Shown piece by piece: positions 22,924 through 33,178 of a DNA stretch of 64,000 nucleotides (within the stretch, counting starts at the first letter, position 1; each line of letters begins with the position of its first letter). Made by a program: the position numbers and the translations under genes. The notes under the pieces were generated by a model. It worked only from the letters and a program-made list of their open reading frames with translations, did not search any database and was not told where the DNA came from. Location: IMG/VR virus record IMGVR_UViG_3300011113_000415. One strand, written 5' to 3'. The stretch is from a virus (taxonomy: Duplodnaviria > Caudoviricetes).

Positions 22924-24236
22924 TTCAATTACTTCCACCCATACTTCTAGGCCTGTTCATTGGGGTGGTTATAGGTGTGTTTCCTGGGCTAGGTCCTGCA
23001 TCAGGAATTTTGATTTTGTATCCTGTGTTGGCAGGATTACCGGTGATAGATTTATTTGTTTTTTATGCAGTCATGATGTCATCGGTACAATATTACGGAA
23101 GTATACCATCAATTGTTTATGGTGTTGCGGGCGAGATAACCAGCGCACCAGCAGTGCATTATGGTCATGCCGAATTCAAGCAAGGCCGAGGGGCAGAACT
23201 CCTTAGCGGCACAGCCACATCCAGTTTGATAGCATCATTGGTAGGTGTAACAATTTTTACAGTTTCAACCTACTATATTGAATTTTTAAAATATTTTATC
23301 AATAACACTCCACGATTACTGATGTTGGCCATGATCATGACATTGATAAGTGTGGCTAGTCCTAAGAAATTGTTGGCATTGTTGTTTGCTATATTAGGCT
23401 TGCTAATTGGGCATATTGGATATGATCAATTGAGAAACGAACATTTTTTGTCATCATCGAGTTTTTTGGCAAGTGGTATTCCATTTGTACCGGTATTCAT
23501 AGGTTTTTTGATGTTGCCAGAAATATTTCTTTACGCAAAAAATCAACCTTGTGTGACCAGCATTGATTTACGACATTTTGATCTCAAAAGACGTATTTCA
23601 CATCTGTTGAAATTTCCCTCAATCACTGCTTCCATGCGTGGTAGTGTACTGGGTTCTATTTTGGGATTGGTTCCTATGGTAGGGACTTCTATATCATCAA
23701 TGGTAGCGGCTGCTTTGGAAAAAAAGATAAATTCAGACAATCAAAAAATAGTAATTTCTGCAGAAGCCGCAAATAATTCAGCCAGCATCACTGTGCTTAT
23801 TCCTTTGATTTTTTTGGCTCTGCCTGTTATCCCATCTGAGGGTGTTATAATGGCCATGGCAGAACGAAACGGTTTTGGCATGTCTAATAGTTTTGATGTT
23901 TTATCAAAAATATCAACAATGTTGTTAGTAATCTTGTTGCTGATTAACTTTGTCAATTGGATTGTGGCTGGAGTATTTTATCGCGGTATGGTTTCAATTT
24001 ATCTACGATTGTACAAGGTGATTTACCCAATCATGATTGCTTTGAGTGTAATAGTGTGTGTGTATGACGGTGTGATAAACAATCAATTGCTCCTGTATGT
24101 GCTGACAGCACTGATTTCTTTGCTTATAGGTTTTTGGATCAGTGAATTTTCGGTGAGGGTGGCTTTAGTGTTTGGCATGCTGTTGTCTGCATCTGTTTCG
24201 TCGGAACTATTCCGATTTATTTTACTTAATTTTTAA
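22911..24236 (+). CDS. tctA: tripartite tricarboxylate transporter TctA-family permease
   Basis: GVFPGLG, YYGSIPSI..G..GE, GLVPMVG, AEAANNS; about 11-12 TM segments. Confidence 0.85.
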   Translation: MPELIQLLPPILLGLFIGVVIGVFPGLGPASGILILYPVLAGLPVIDLFVFYAVMMSSVQYYGSIPSIVYGVAGEITSAPAVHYGHAEFKQGRGAELLSGTATSSLIASLVGVTIFTVSTYYIEFLKYFINNTPRLLMLAMIMTLISVASPKKLLALLFAILGLLIGHIGYDQLRNEHFLSSSSFLASGIPFVPVFIGFLMLPEIFLYAKNQPCVTSIDLRHFDLKRRISHLLKFPSITASMRGSVLGSILGLVPMVGTSISSMVAAALEKKINSDNQKIVISAEAANNSASITVLIPLIFLALPVIPSEGVIMAMAERNGFGMSNSFDVLSKISTMLLVILLLINFVNWIVAGVFYRGMVSIYLRLYKVIYPIMIALSVIVCVYDGVINNQLLLYVLTALISLLIGFWISEFSVRVALVFGMLLSASVSSELFRFILLNF

Positions 24237-24246
24237 AGGAGCATTT

Positions 24247-25068
24247 ATGAATAAAATTCTGAAATATTTTTTTGCGGTTGTATTGGTCGCAAGTTCAACT
24301 TTAGCCTGGGCTGATACTTTTTATTTCAACTATTACTATCCTCCTGGCGGAGGAACCGAACAATGGTCTAATCCTTTGATCACTGGTCTGCAAAATAAAG
24401 GACACATTGTTCGACAAGAATTCTTTAAATCTTGTCATGAGGCAATAACAAAAACATCAACACAACCCAATGGATTTATTGTTGCAGGCCCAGATATTTT
24501 GCCAGATGTTTCTGGCAAATGTCCTGCGCAGAAAGATTTCCCGCAATTAAAACTGCTGACCAATTTGGCTGCTTACAACTACTATCTTTGCACCTCACCT
24601 AAAAAAACACATATCACCCTGGCAGATCTGTCAGGATCCCAAATCTACAAAGTTGCGATTTCAGCAAGTCCATCGGCAGTAACAGAATGGACAAATTTTA
24701 TCACGAATAGTACAATAAAAAATAACATTCGCACTATTCCATATGAAGCCCAGGCTGCCGCCAGGGCCGCACTAATAGCAGGAACCGATGTTGATTTAAT
24801 GTATGTTGCTACAGGTGTTGAACATGTTATCAGTGCAGGCGGCAAGTGTTTGGCGGCCTCTAGCATCAAAAACCACTATAATTTGCCAGCACTGTCACAG
24901 TTGTCAACTGGAAAATACACAGAGCAATATGTCACAATAGATTTGTGGACCATGCACCCACAATCCAAAGACAATATTAATCTATTGACTGAAATATTAA
25001 AATCAAGTGTTTTTAAAGATTTCTTGGCTCAAAGAACGTCATCTGTGCATTTGGGCATAGGACGCTAA
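24247..25068 (+). CDS. TctC/Bug-like periplasmic binding protein
   Basis: signal peptide, YPPGGGT, IPYEAQAAA; follows tctA. Confidence 0.7.
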   Translation: MNKILKYFFAVVLVASSTLAWADTFYFNYYYPPGGGTEQWSNPLITGLQNKGHIVRQEFFKSCHEAITKTSTQPNGFIVAGPDILPDVSGKCPAQKDFPQLKLLTNLAAYNYYLCTSPKKTHITLADLSGSQIYKVAISASPSAVTEWTNFITNSTIKNNIRTIPYEAQAAARAALIAGTDVDLMYVATGVEHVISAGGKCLAASSIKNHYNLPALSQLSTGKYTEQYVTIDLWTMHPQSKDNINLLTEILKSSVFKDFLAQRTSSVHLGIGR

Positions 25069-25070
25069 AG

Positions 25071-25150
25071 GTAATACTCAAGTACTACAAAACCCTACAA
25101 TTCTGTAGGGTTTTATTTTGGTTGACCAAATATGGTGCATTTGCTATAAT
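25071..25150 (+). promoter_or_regulatory. 7-4-7 palindrome, hairpin and sigma70 promoter
   Basis: GTAATAC-TCAA-GTACTAC 25071-88; AAAACCCTAC/GTAGGGTTTT hairpin; TTGACC 25122-N17-TATAAT. Confidence 0.75.
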
Positions 25151-25180
25151 ATAGGCATATTGAAACATAAAGGAGTCCAA

Positions 25181-25648
25181 ATGGGTACACGTAGTCGTAT
25201 TGGTGTCATGCATGGTGACAAAGTCAAATCAGTTTATTGTCACTGGGACGGCTATCTTGAGCACAATGGTGCCATCCTACAAGAACACTATGATTCCAGC
25301 AAGGCCAACAACCTTGTGGCACTAGGCGACTTGTCAAGCCTGCGTCCAGAGATCGGCCAAGAGCATCCGTTCAGCCGCTTTGACAGTGATATATCTGATG
25401 CAGAATACGAACGACAGTTTGGCGACATGTGTACCTTTTACGGTCGCGATCGCGGTGAAACTGGCACTGAGTGGAAAGTGGCACACTCATTTAATGAGTT
25501 TTTTGAACAATGCGACAATTGTGGTGCTGAATACTTTTATATCATGCGAGATGGTGTCTGGTACTGTGGCGACACTTATGGATCAACTGGATTAAGTAAT
25601 AAGTTAACACCACTTGCAGAGGCTCTACAAGCCTTAGAAAAAGTTTGA
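25181..25648 (+). CDS. conserved phage protein (MGTRSRIG...YCHWDGY)
   Basis: AAGGAG RBS. Confidence 0.85.
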   Translation: MGTRSRIGVMHGDKVKSVYCHWDGYLEHNGAILQEHYDSSKANNLVALGDLSSLRPEIGQEHPFSRFDSDISDAEYERQFGDMCTFYGRDRGETGTEWKVAHSFNEFFEQCDNCGAEYFYIMRDGVWYCGDTYGSTGLSNKLTPLAEALQALEKV

Positions 25649-25673
25649 CACAAAATCGCATTTCACTTATAAT
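25645..25673 (+). promoter_or_regulatory. consensus sigma70 promoter
   Basis: TTGACA-N17-TATAAT. Confidence 0.85.
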
Positions 25674-25703
25674 TGACTTATCTTAACCAGCAAAGGAAAC
25701 ACA

Positions 25704-26786
25704 ATGTCAGAAAGTCGTACAGTCACAGCCACGCAGGCTCGCAAAAGTTTGCTTCGTGCATTCCAAGTCAAACGTCCTTTGTTCTTGTGGGGTCCTCCTG
25801 GCATTGGCAAGAGTGAACTGGTAGAAGGTATTGCTCGCGAACTGGGTGGTCTCATGATTGATCTGCGTTTGGGTCAAATGGAGCCCACAGACATTCGTGG
25901 TATTCCGTTTTATAACAAGGACTCAGGCAAGATGGACTGGGCTCCTCCTGTGGAGTTGCCCGATGAGGCCACTGCCAGTCAGTATCCTATCGTTGTGTTG
26001 TTCTTGGACGAACTCAACTCAGCCGCACCCTCGGTGCAAAGTGCCGCATATCAACTTATCTTGAATCGACGCATTGGCAAGTATTACCTGCCTGACAATG
26101 TGGTAATGGTTGCGGCAGGTAATCGTGAGTCGGACAAAGGCGTTACCTATCGCATGCCAACTCCACTAGCCAATCGTTTCATCCACCAAGAGATGAAAGT
26201 GGACTTTCCTTCTTGGCAAGAGTGGGCTGTGAACAACAACATCCACAAAGACGTGGTTGGTTATTTGAGTTTTGCCAAGCAAGACTTGAATGACTTTGAC
26301 GCAAAATCAGCAAGTCGTGCATTTGCTACACCACGCTCATGGACCTTTGTGAGTCAGTTGTTGGATGATGAAAACGACACAGATACCATTACCAACTTGA
26401 TTGCTGGTACAATTGGTGAAGGTCTTGCTGTGAAGTTCATGGCTCACCGCAAGGTTGCATCAAAGATGCCCAACCCAGCAGATATTTTGAGTGGCAAGGT
26501 CAAAGACTTGGCTGTAAAAGAAGTTTCGGCCATGTACAGCCTGGTGATCTCCATGTGCTATGAACTCAAGGCCGCGGTAGAAAACAAAGTGGAAGACAAG
26601 AAGTTCCACGAAATGAGTGACAACTTCTTTGGCTACATGATGAAGAACTTTGAGACAGAGTTGGTTGTGATGGGTGCCAGAATTGCACTTACCACATATA
26701 ACCTGCCGTTCCAGCCCAGCAAGTTGAAGAACTTTGACGAGTTCCATCAACGATACGGTAAGTACATTTTGCAGGCGTCAGCCTAA
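25704..26786 (+). CDS. MoxR-like AAA+ ATPase
   Basis: GPPGIGKS Walker A, LFLDELN Walker B, AAGNR, ANRF. Confidence 0.92.
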   Translation: MSESRTVTATQARKSLLRAFQVKRPLFLWGPPGIGKSELVEGIARELGGLMIDLRLGQMEPTDIRGIPFYNKDSGKMDWAPPVELPDEATASQYPIVVLFLDELNSAAPSVQSAAYQLILNRRIGKYYLPDNVVMVAAGNRESDKGVTYRMPTPLANRFIHQEMKVDFPSWQEWAVNNNIHKDVVGYLSFAKQDLNDFDAKSASRAFATPRSWTFVSQLLDDENDTDTITNLIAGTIGEGLAVKFMAHRKVASKMPNPADILSGKVKDLAVKEVSAMYSLVISMCYELKAAVENKVEDKKFHEMSDNFFGYMMKNFETELVVMGARIALTTYNLPFQPSKLKNFDEFHQRYGKYILQASA

Positions 26787-26793
26787 ACTGGAC

Positions 26794-26815
26794 AGGGCCC
26801 TAGGGCCCTATTTTT
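26794..26815 (+). terminator. palindromic hairpin terminator
   Basis: AGGGCCCTAGGGCCCT followed by ATTTTT. Confidence 0.6.
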
Positions 26816-26818
26816 CTA

Positions 26819-27136
26819 ATGGATCTAGTGAAAGTCAAAGTCACCAAATTGGATGGTAGACACAGCCATACTGGTTTGTTCGGTCACATGTTGCAGTTTG
26901 GATTTTTGGTAGGGTACGAACCTTATCAAAGAGCCATGTGCTACTGCAACCATCAATGGGGACCCAGTGTGGATGTTGAAACCTACAGCAAAATCTACTG
27001 GGATGCCATCAAAAGAAACTACCAATTCAAATTCAACCCCACCTGGAGTTATCTTGCACGATATGGCGATCATCGCATCTACCTAACAGACGATGCCGCC
27101 ACTTGGATCAAACTTGCAGAACCTTGGAAGTCATGA
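26819..27136 (+). CDS. hypothetical protein
   Basis: ORF. Confidence 0.7.
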   Translation: MDLVKVKVTKLDGRHSHTGLFGHMLQFGFLVGYEPYQRAMCYCNHQWGPSVDVETYSKIYWDAIKRNYQFKFNPTWSYLARYGDHRIYLTDDAATWIKLAEPWKS

Positions 27137-27399
27137 GTGCCAAAATTGTTGTCAAAAAGAATCTCATTGTGTTTCGTGATCCAGAGAAAGACTGGACACC
27201 CATTCGCAAGAGGTTGATTGCAGAATACGGGCAAAGCATTGTGTTCACCTATGCCATGCGTGAGCGGCTGGGCTTTAGTTCAAGGTATCACACCGAATGG
27301 ATTCCTACTAGCCTTGGCAACCGATATCCTGAGGAACAAATACACCTGGACTTTTACAACCAAGCCGCACAAACATGGTTTCAATTGAAATACTTATAA
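27133..27399 (+). CDS. hypothetical protein (..IHLDFY.QAAQTWFQLKY)
   Basis: ATGA overlap. Confidence 0.7.
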   Translation: MSAKIVVKKNLIVFRDPEKDWTPIRKRLIAEYGQSIVFTYAMRERLGFSSRYHTEWIPTSLGNRYPEEQIHLDFYNQAAQTWFQLKYL

Positions 27400-28215
27400 T
27401 AATCGCATAGTTCTAAATGATGCTTTTTTCAGCAATTCCAACTGAGAAAGATCTTTAACTTTACCGACGCGAACATTTCCATAATAACTTAACATTTGTT
27501 CTGAAGAAAACAAAGATTCTAACTGATCACGATTGGCTTGGTACCATTCTAAAAGTCGACTGTGTTGCTGTGATCTTTGTTGGTTGTTGATTTTTTCAAA
27601 TTCTAACTCATTTACACCTTCAAGGAAAATAAAAAAACCTGGAGCACAAGCATCTGCCAATCTACAACTTTGTTGCAATTTTTGATTGTCCCCGTGCAAC
27701 ATGCTGATCCAAGGACTTTTGCCCACATGCGGATAATCCACCGTCACGTCACCTCGACGAAGCACACATTCATGAGTTGGTTCTTCGGGCCAGGCAAGGC
27801 TTGAATCATACCATTTCACCTGAATAAATGTTCTGTTTTTTACAAAACGACCTGGATTGTTTGGTTCTGCTTCATGTAGAGCATTGTGTAAATCAATAAA
27901 AAAATGGTCTTGATCTTGAGTCCAAGATGGCTGTTGACTTGGATCCAAAAGTTCTATATCTCTGTGCCATTTATTAAAGGATTCCTGTGTCAACTGAGAT
28001 AAATCCCAGTCAAAATTTAGAACTTGATTGGCTTTGTTTGCCAATACTAAAAAATTGTGCAAACTTTCTGCAGGAGATTTATTGTATTGAATACTGTCTG
28101 CAGGTCTATGCATACGAGATAAATTATCCCAAAAAAACTTAGCATTCGGTTGAGGTTCGACTATAATGGTAATCAATTCTGAAATACCATCAAATTGTAA
28201 ATATATTTCTTGCAC
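27394..28215 (-). CDS. hypothetical protein
   Basis: long AT-rich ORF; probable GTG start after an ATAAATA late motif. Confidence 0.7.
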   Translation of the reverse strand: MQEIYLQFDGISELITIIVEPQPNAKFFWDNLSRMHRPADSIQYNKSPAESLHNFLVLANKANQVLNFDWDLSQLTQESFNKWHRDIELLDPSQQPSWTQDQDHFFIDLHNALHEAEPNNPGRFVKNRTFIQVKWYDSSLAWPEEPTHECVLRRGDVTVDYPHVGKSPWISMLHGDNQKLQQSCRLADACAPGFFIFLEGVNELEFEKINNQQRSQQHSRLLEWYQANRDQLESLFSSEQMLSYYGNVRVGKVKDLSQLELLKKASFRTMRLL

Positions 28216-28300
28216 GATATAGATATTTATAAACAAAACCGTCGGTTGACCAATGATTAACAATTTGCTGTAATTCTACGAAGATAGAAATGTATAATTT

Positions 28301-28355
28301 GTAATACTTTTGTATTACTTTTGCATTTGACTGATAATTCATGACATGTTATAAT
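28301..28355 (+). promoter_or_regulatory. perfect 7-4-7 palindrome plus sigma70 promoter
   Basis: GTAATAC-TTTT-GTATTAC 28301-18; TTGACT 28327-N17-TATAAT. Confidence 0.8.
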
Positions 28356-28381
28356 ACATACATAGACAACAGAGGAACACA

Positions 28382-29653
28382 ATGACCACTACTGCCACAA
28401 AAGAAGACGCTAAAAAGTTCGCCAATCTCATTGGTCCAACTGACGCCCGACTAGATCGTGAAGTGCGTGAGACTTTGATCACTGCCCGTGTGGGTTTGTT
28501 GCTCAAGGCTTCATTCTTTGGCAATCTTGCTACTCGACTCCGACTGGTCAATGCAGATGAGTGGTGTGCCACTGCCGCAACTGATGGCAGAAACTTCTAC
28601 TACAATGCTAGATTTATCAAAATGCTCAAGCCTAAAGAAGTTGAATTCTTGTTTGGTCACGAAGTATTGCATTGTGTATATGATCACTTTGGACGTAGAG
28701 GTGATAGGAATCCACAGTTGTGGAACATTGCTGATGACTTCTGTGTCAACGCAGACTTGAAGAAGCACCATGTGGGCGAGTTTATTACTTCAGTTCCTTG
28801 CTTGTATGATCACAAGTATGATGGCATGAGTGCCGAAGAAGTGTATGACATATTGTATGCCAAAGCAGACAAGATCGACATTGATGACTTGCTGGAAAAA
28901 ATGATTGACGAGCACATGGATGGTGACGATGAATCCGGCAGTAGTGGTGGCGATGGAGATGAGCAAGATAACAAAGGTCGTCCACGACTTACCAAAGAAG
29001 AGCGTCAACAGATACGTGACGAAATCAAAGAAGCCATGTTGGCGGCCGCCAATGCCAGTGATGCAGGCAATATTCCAGCCGGTGTTAAACGCATCATACA
29101 GGAGTTGACTGAGCCCAAGATGAACTGGCGTGAACTGTTGCGTATGCAATTGGAGTCAACCATCAAGTCGGACTATACCTGGATGCGAGCCAGCCGCAAA
29201 GGTTGGCACATGGATGCTGTGATGCCTGGTATGAAACTGGATCCCATGATTGATATTGCTGTGGCATTGGATGCTTCGGGCAGTATCAGTGAAAAGATGT
29301 TGAAAGATTTTTTGGGTGAGATTCAAGGCATTATGGATTCATTCTCAGCCTATCGTATTCATGTGTTTACATTTGACACCGACGCATACAATCCTGCACA
29401 ATACAACTCCGACAACCTGGATGACATCTGTGACTACGAAGTGTCAGGTGGTGGCGGCACTGACTTTGATTGTATCTTCAAGTATTTGAAGGACGAAGAG
29501 ATTGAACCCAAACGCCTGGTGGTATTCACAGATGGCTACCCATTTGGTTCGTGGGGTGACGAGAACTATACAGATACAGTTTGGATCTTGCATGGTACCA
29601 CTAGCATTGTACCACCTTGGGGTCAGTTTGCTTACTATGATGAGGCTGAGTAA
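28382..29653 (+). CDS. metallopeptidase-like plus vWA domain protein (DUF2201-like), partner of MoxR
   Basis: TAATDG, HEVLH (HExxH), DASGS, GGGGTDF, FTDGY. Confidence 0.9.
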   Translation: MTTTATKEDAKKFANLIGPTDARLDREVRETLITARVGLLLKASFFGNLATRLRLVNADEWCATAATDGRNFYYNARFIKMLKPKEVEFLFGHEVLHCVYDHFGRRGDRNPQLWNIADDFCVNADLKKHHVGEFITSVPCLYDHKYDGMSAEEVYDILYAKADKIDIDDLLEKMIDEHMDGDDESGSSGGDGDEQDNKGRPRLTKEERQQIRDEIKEAMLAAANASDAGNIPAGVKRIIQELTEPKMNWRELLRMQLESTIKSDYTWMRASRKGWHMDAVMPGMKLDPMIDIAVALDASGSISEKMLKDFLGEIQGIMDSFSAYRIHVFTFDTDAYNPAQYNSDNLDDICDYEVSGGGGTDFDCIFKYLKDEEIEPKRLVVFTDGYPFGSWGDENYTDTVWILHGTTSIVPPWGQFAYYDEAE

Positions 29654-29871
29654 TGAACCCGCTTATTGAAAAATTTGCACGTGAGTGCGGTGCTTGGAAT
29701 CAAATGTATGGCAACAAGAACTTCATGATCGACGAGCATTTTGACATTGAGAAATTTGTAGGCTTGATTATCCAAGAATGCCAAATTGCGTTGAATCCTA
29801 TGTTGCGTGATATGATCAGCCGCGGACAAGCATACGATTTAATCAAACAACATTTTGGAGTTGAATCATAA
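29653..29871 (+). CDS. hypothetical protein, FAELIxxEC...HFGVE family
   Basis: EKFVGLIIQEC...IKQHFGVES. Confidence 0.7.
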   Translation: MNPLIEKFARECGAWNQMYGNKNFMIDEHFDIEKFVGLIIQECQIALNPMLRDMISRGQAYDLIKQHFGVES

Positions 29872-29947
29872 CAACATCTGGAGTGCCAATTTTGCCAAAA
29901 TCCCCAAGAAAATATAATCTTGGGGATTTTCCTATGTAAATATCAGC

Positions 29948-30175
29948 ATGAACGATTCAACACAATTTACCATCGCTGATCTTGCTGGAATACGCGGGAT
30001 CATTGACCTGGCCTGCCAGCGTGGCGCTTTTCGCGGAGAAGAAATGAAGGACGTGGGGCTAATATACGAACGCCTGACCAACTTCATTGTACAAGCCCAA
30101 CAAGCCGCTGAAGCACAAGCCCAGGCTCCAGATTCTGAATCTGATGAGCCAGCCACACCAACTCAAGGAGAATAA
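29948..30175 (+). CDS. hypothetical protein (IIDLACQRGAFR)
   Basis: ORF after a TAAATA motif. Confidence 0.75.
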   Translation: MNDSTQFTIADLAGIRGIIDLACQRGAFRGEEMKDVGLIYERLTNFIVQAQQAAEAQAQAPDSESDEPATPTQGE

Positions 30176-30177
30176 GC

Positions 30178-30909
30178 ATGGCATTTTTAAAACACATAGG
30201 CAAACACGGCGATCGCAAGATTGTTATTATTTTTAGACAACTTCCTGGAGATGAACACATGTGTTTGTGTATCTATCCAGACTTGTTGCCTTCACACTGG
30301 CACGACACCATTATGAAAGTGTTGGAAAGTCCTGTGGGTCAGACCGCAGAAGAATTTGCTGATGCCTTGCACCGCAATCTCTTGCCTGATGGTCGCAACA
30401 TCTTGACTGCTTTACATACTGAAAAGATGATGAAGCGTGTGAATACTGAACAAGTGTTGATAACACCAACTCCTACCAGTAATGTCAAACTCAGCGAACT
30501 TAACAACATCTTGAACGAGATGAAGAAAGGTGAAGATGCTGTGCGCAAGATGGCCGAGATTGATGGTGCGCGAGGCCTGGTCGACCCCAAACAAAAACGT
30601 GCGGCTGAAGCACAATTCAAAGCAGAACAACAGGTTCCCAAAGCACCCGGCACATATTCAGCACCACAAGATGGTGTGTTAGATGACAAAACCCTGGCTG
30701 CCAACATGCTCACACAAGCAGTGAAGATGCACAACGAAGCCACTGGCATGATCAACGAAGCCGCACGTATGCGTAAAGAAGCAGAAAAACTGTTTCCTGG
30801 TGTGAAGATGATGGACCTTCCCAAGATGGCTCCTGAGCCCACAGTAGAAACAGAATCAGCGCCCAAAAAGCGCGGACGTAAACCTGCTGTGGCTCATGCA
30901 ACTCAGTGA
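30178..30909 (+). CDS. conserved jumbo-phage hypothetical protein (FLKHIGKH)
   Basis: GGAG RBS. Confidence 0.8.
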   Translation: MAFLKHIGKHGDRKIVIIFRQLPGDEHMCLCIYPDLLPSHWHDTIMKVLESPVGQTAEEFADALHRNLLPDGRNILTALHTEKMMKRVNTEQVLITPTPTSNVKLSELNNILNEMKKGEDAVRKMAEIDGARGLVDPKQKRAAEAQFKAEQQVPKAPGTYSAPQDGVLDDKTLAANMLTQAVKMHNEATGMINEAARMRKEAEKLFPGVKMMDLPKMAPEPTVETESAPKKRGRKPAVAHATQ

Positions 30910-31198
30910 TGAATTTATTGCCCAGTGGGATCATATAATTTCCGGTGTAGACAAAACCGAAGTTCCGTTAGAGTGTATCAACAAAATTGTGATTAGATTG
31001 CAAGGTGGTCGTCAAAAGACCATCAACCTTGCTCGACTCCGACGTGATGGTTTTGATCTAGAGGAGATTGAATCCTATCTCACCAGAAATCTAGTTGAAC
31101 TAGGTGACCTTGTGCGTGACATAGACTTCTTGGTAGATGTCAATGCAGTGGCCAAACTGGTTCAACCCGAAACCGATCGACTTTTAAAAGATTTATGA
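30896..31198 (+). CDS. hypothetical protein
   Basis: overlapping operon arrangement. Confidence 0.75.
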   Translation: MQLSDEFIAQWDHIISGVDKTEVPLECINKIVIRLQGGRQKTINLARLRRDGFDLEEIESYLTRNLVELGDLVRDIDFLVDVNAVAKLVQPETDRLLKDL

Positions 31199-31866
31199 AT
31201 GTCCGCCTTGTATCCTATTCACAACCAACACCTGAGTTCGCAAATCTTGGCATATCAGATGCTCAAGAACTCATTGCCTACTGCGCTAGAGTCTCAAACC
31301 CTGCCAACCAATTCAACACCGAAACCAGTGAACGACTCATCCGCTACCTCGTGCGGCACCAACACTGGAGCCCACTTGAAATGGTCTCAGCATGCATGGA
31401 AATTACGACAACACGAGATATTGCACGGCAAATCCTACGTCATCGATCATTTAGTTTCCAAGAATTTAGTCAACGATATGCTGACCCGACAACGGATCTT
31501 GAGTTTGTTACCCGCAGTGGACGACTCCAAGACCCACAAAATCGACAGAATAGTATAGAGCACGACGACCACTTGTTGGAGAACGATTGGTATCGTGCTC
31601 AACAAAGAGTAATCTATGCGGCACGGAGAGAATATGAGTGGGCCATTGCCAATGGTATTGCCAAAGAGCAGGCCAGGGCTGTGTTACCCGAAGGCCTTAT
31701 ACAAAGTCGTATCTACATGAACGGCACCTTGAGATCATGGATTCATTTCATTGAGTTGAGGAGTGCCAATGGTACGCAACAGGAACACCAATCTGTTGCT
31801 CGTGAGTGTGCTCGAGCCATTGCTGAAATCTTTCCAATGGCTCAAGATCTAGTTGCAAAAACTTGA
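31195..31866 (+). CDS. thyX: FAD-dependent thymidylate synthase
   Basis: HWSPLE, RHRSFSFQEFSQRY, ARAVLP. Confidence 0.95.
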   Translation: MNVRLVSYSQPTPEFANLGISDAQELIAYCARVSNPANQFNTETSERLIRYLVRHQHWSPLEMVSACMEITTTRDIARQILRHRSFSFQEFSQRYADPTTDLEFVTRSGRLQDPQNRQNSIEHDDHLLENDWYRAQQRVIYAARREYEWAIANGIAKEQARAVLPEGLIQSRIYMNGTLRSWIHFIELRSANGTQQEHQSVARECARAIAEIFPMAQDLVAKT

Positions 31867-31886
31867 TCCTTGTGCTATACTAGAGT

Positions 31887-32213
31887 ATGGCCAAATACCT
31901 GCCCGAACAATCCAATCTTTCCCAACCACGCGAAGTAAAAGTTATAGATGGCATAGCCACAGCCTACAGCGATATAGTTGTGTATGACTTTCCCATGGGC
32001 GATGTGGAGGATCCAGACTTGTATGCGGCTGATCCTTTGTACAAATGGCAACAGAGTGAGGCGGGTGCTTGGGTAATGGCTCATGCTGTGGAGCCACCAT
32101 TTTGGGTCAGGCAACCCGACCTCAGCAGTTACGGACATCGCTACTATATTGTAGCCAGACTTCGAGAACAAGATCAAACTTATTTTAGACTTAAATGGAG
32201 TAATAACAAATGA
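31887..32213 (+). CDS. hypothetical protein (GDVEDPDLYAA)
   Basis: ORF. Confidence 0.75.
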   Translation: MAKYLPEQSNLSQPREVKVIDGIATAYSDIVVYDFPMGDVEDPDLYAADPLYKWQQSEAGAWVMAHAVEPPFWVRQPDLSSYGHRYYIVARLREQDQTYFRLKWSNNK

Positions 32214-33178
32214 AATTTTTAGTAACAGGCGGCTTGGGCCTTATTGGTCACAATGTGGTTGAACGTTTACAAAAGCGTGGCGAAGAAGTTGTAATTGTAG
32301 ACAATCGCACCACCTATGGTATCATACCACAGGCAGAACTAGACTATCTCATGGCCGAACGTTGGCAAAAAATTACACCAACAGATGTATACTACACTGA
32401 CATTGCTGATGGTGATAAAGTTGATCAGATTGTGGCCACTCATCAGCCTCAAATAATCATACACATGGCGTCATTCCCAAGACAAAAAGTTGTCAATGCC
32501 AACCCTGCCTGGGGTGCTAGGGTCATGATGGAAGGTTTGATGAACATCTGCGAGAGTGCCAAAAAACACCAAGTTGAGCGTGTGGTATATATAAGTTCAA
32601 GCATGGTGTACGGTGACTTTGAAGACCAAGTGGAAGAAGAAGCCCAGTGTAATCCCATTGGCCAATACGGTATCATGAAACTGGCAGGAGAAGACATTGT
32701 CAAAGACTATCATCGTCGTGGTTGTTTTGATTATGCTATTGTCCGTCCCAGTGCTGTATATGGGCCCTTGGATGTGGAGGATCGGGTGGTTGCAAAGTTT
32801 ATGCTTCAGGCCATGCGTGGTGACATTCTCCGGGTCAACGGAGCAGGAGAAACACTTGACTTCACCTATGTTGATGATGCGGCAGATGGAATTGTGGCAG
32901 CGGCCACAAGAGTTATGGCGGCAAATCGTACATATAATATCACCAAATCGCATTCAGTAAGTTTGCTAGAAGCCGCAGAAATGATTGTGAAGATTGTGGG
33001 TCGTGGAACAATTGAAGTTAGAGATCGTGATCAAGATTTTCCTAGTCGCGGCGCATTAAATATTGATCGCGCACGAGTGATCTTGGGTTTTGATCCCAAG
33101 GTAGATGTAGAACAAGGATTCAAAAATTACTACAACTGGCTTAACAATTCCCCATACTGGTCTCCGAAAACAGTATAA
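32210..33178 (+). CDS. NAD-dependent epimerase/dehydratase
   Basis: VTGGLGLIG, SSSMVYG, YGIMK (YxxxK), VYGP. Confidence 0.93.
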   Translation: MKFLVTGGLGLIGHNVVERLQKRGEEVVIVDNRTTYGIIPQAELDYLMAERWQKITPTDVYYTDIADGDKVDQIVATHQPQIIIHMASFPRQKVVNANPAWGARVMMEGLMNICESAKKHQVERVVYISSSMVYGDFEDQVEEEAQCNPIGQYGIMKLAGEDIVKDYHRRGCFDYAIVRPSAVYGPLDVEDRVVAKFMLQAMRGDILRVNGAGETLDFTYVDDAADGIVAAATRVMAANRTYNITKSHSVSLLEAAEMIVKIVGRGTIEVRDRDQDFPSRGALNIDRARVILGFDPKVDVEQGFKNYYNWLNNSPYWSPKTV

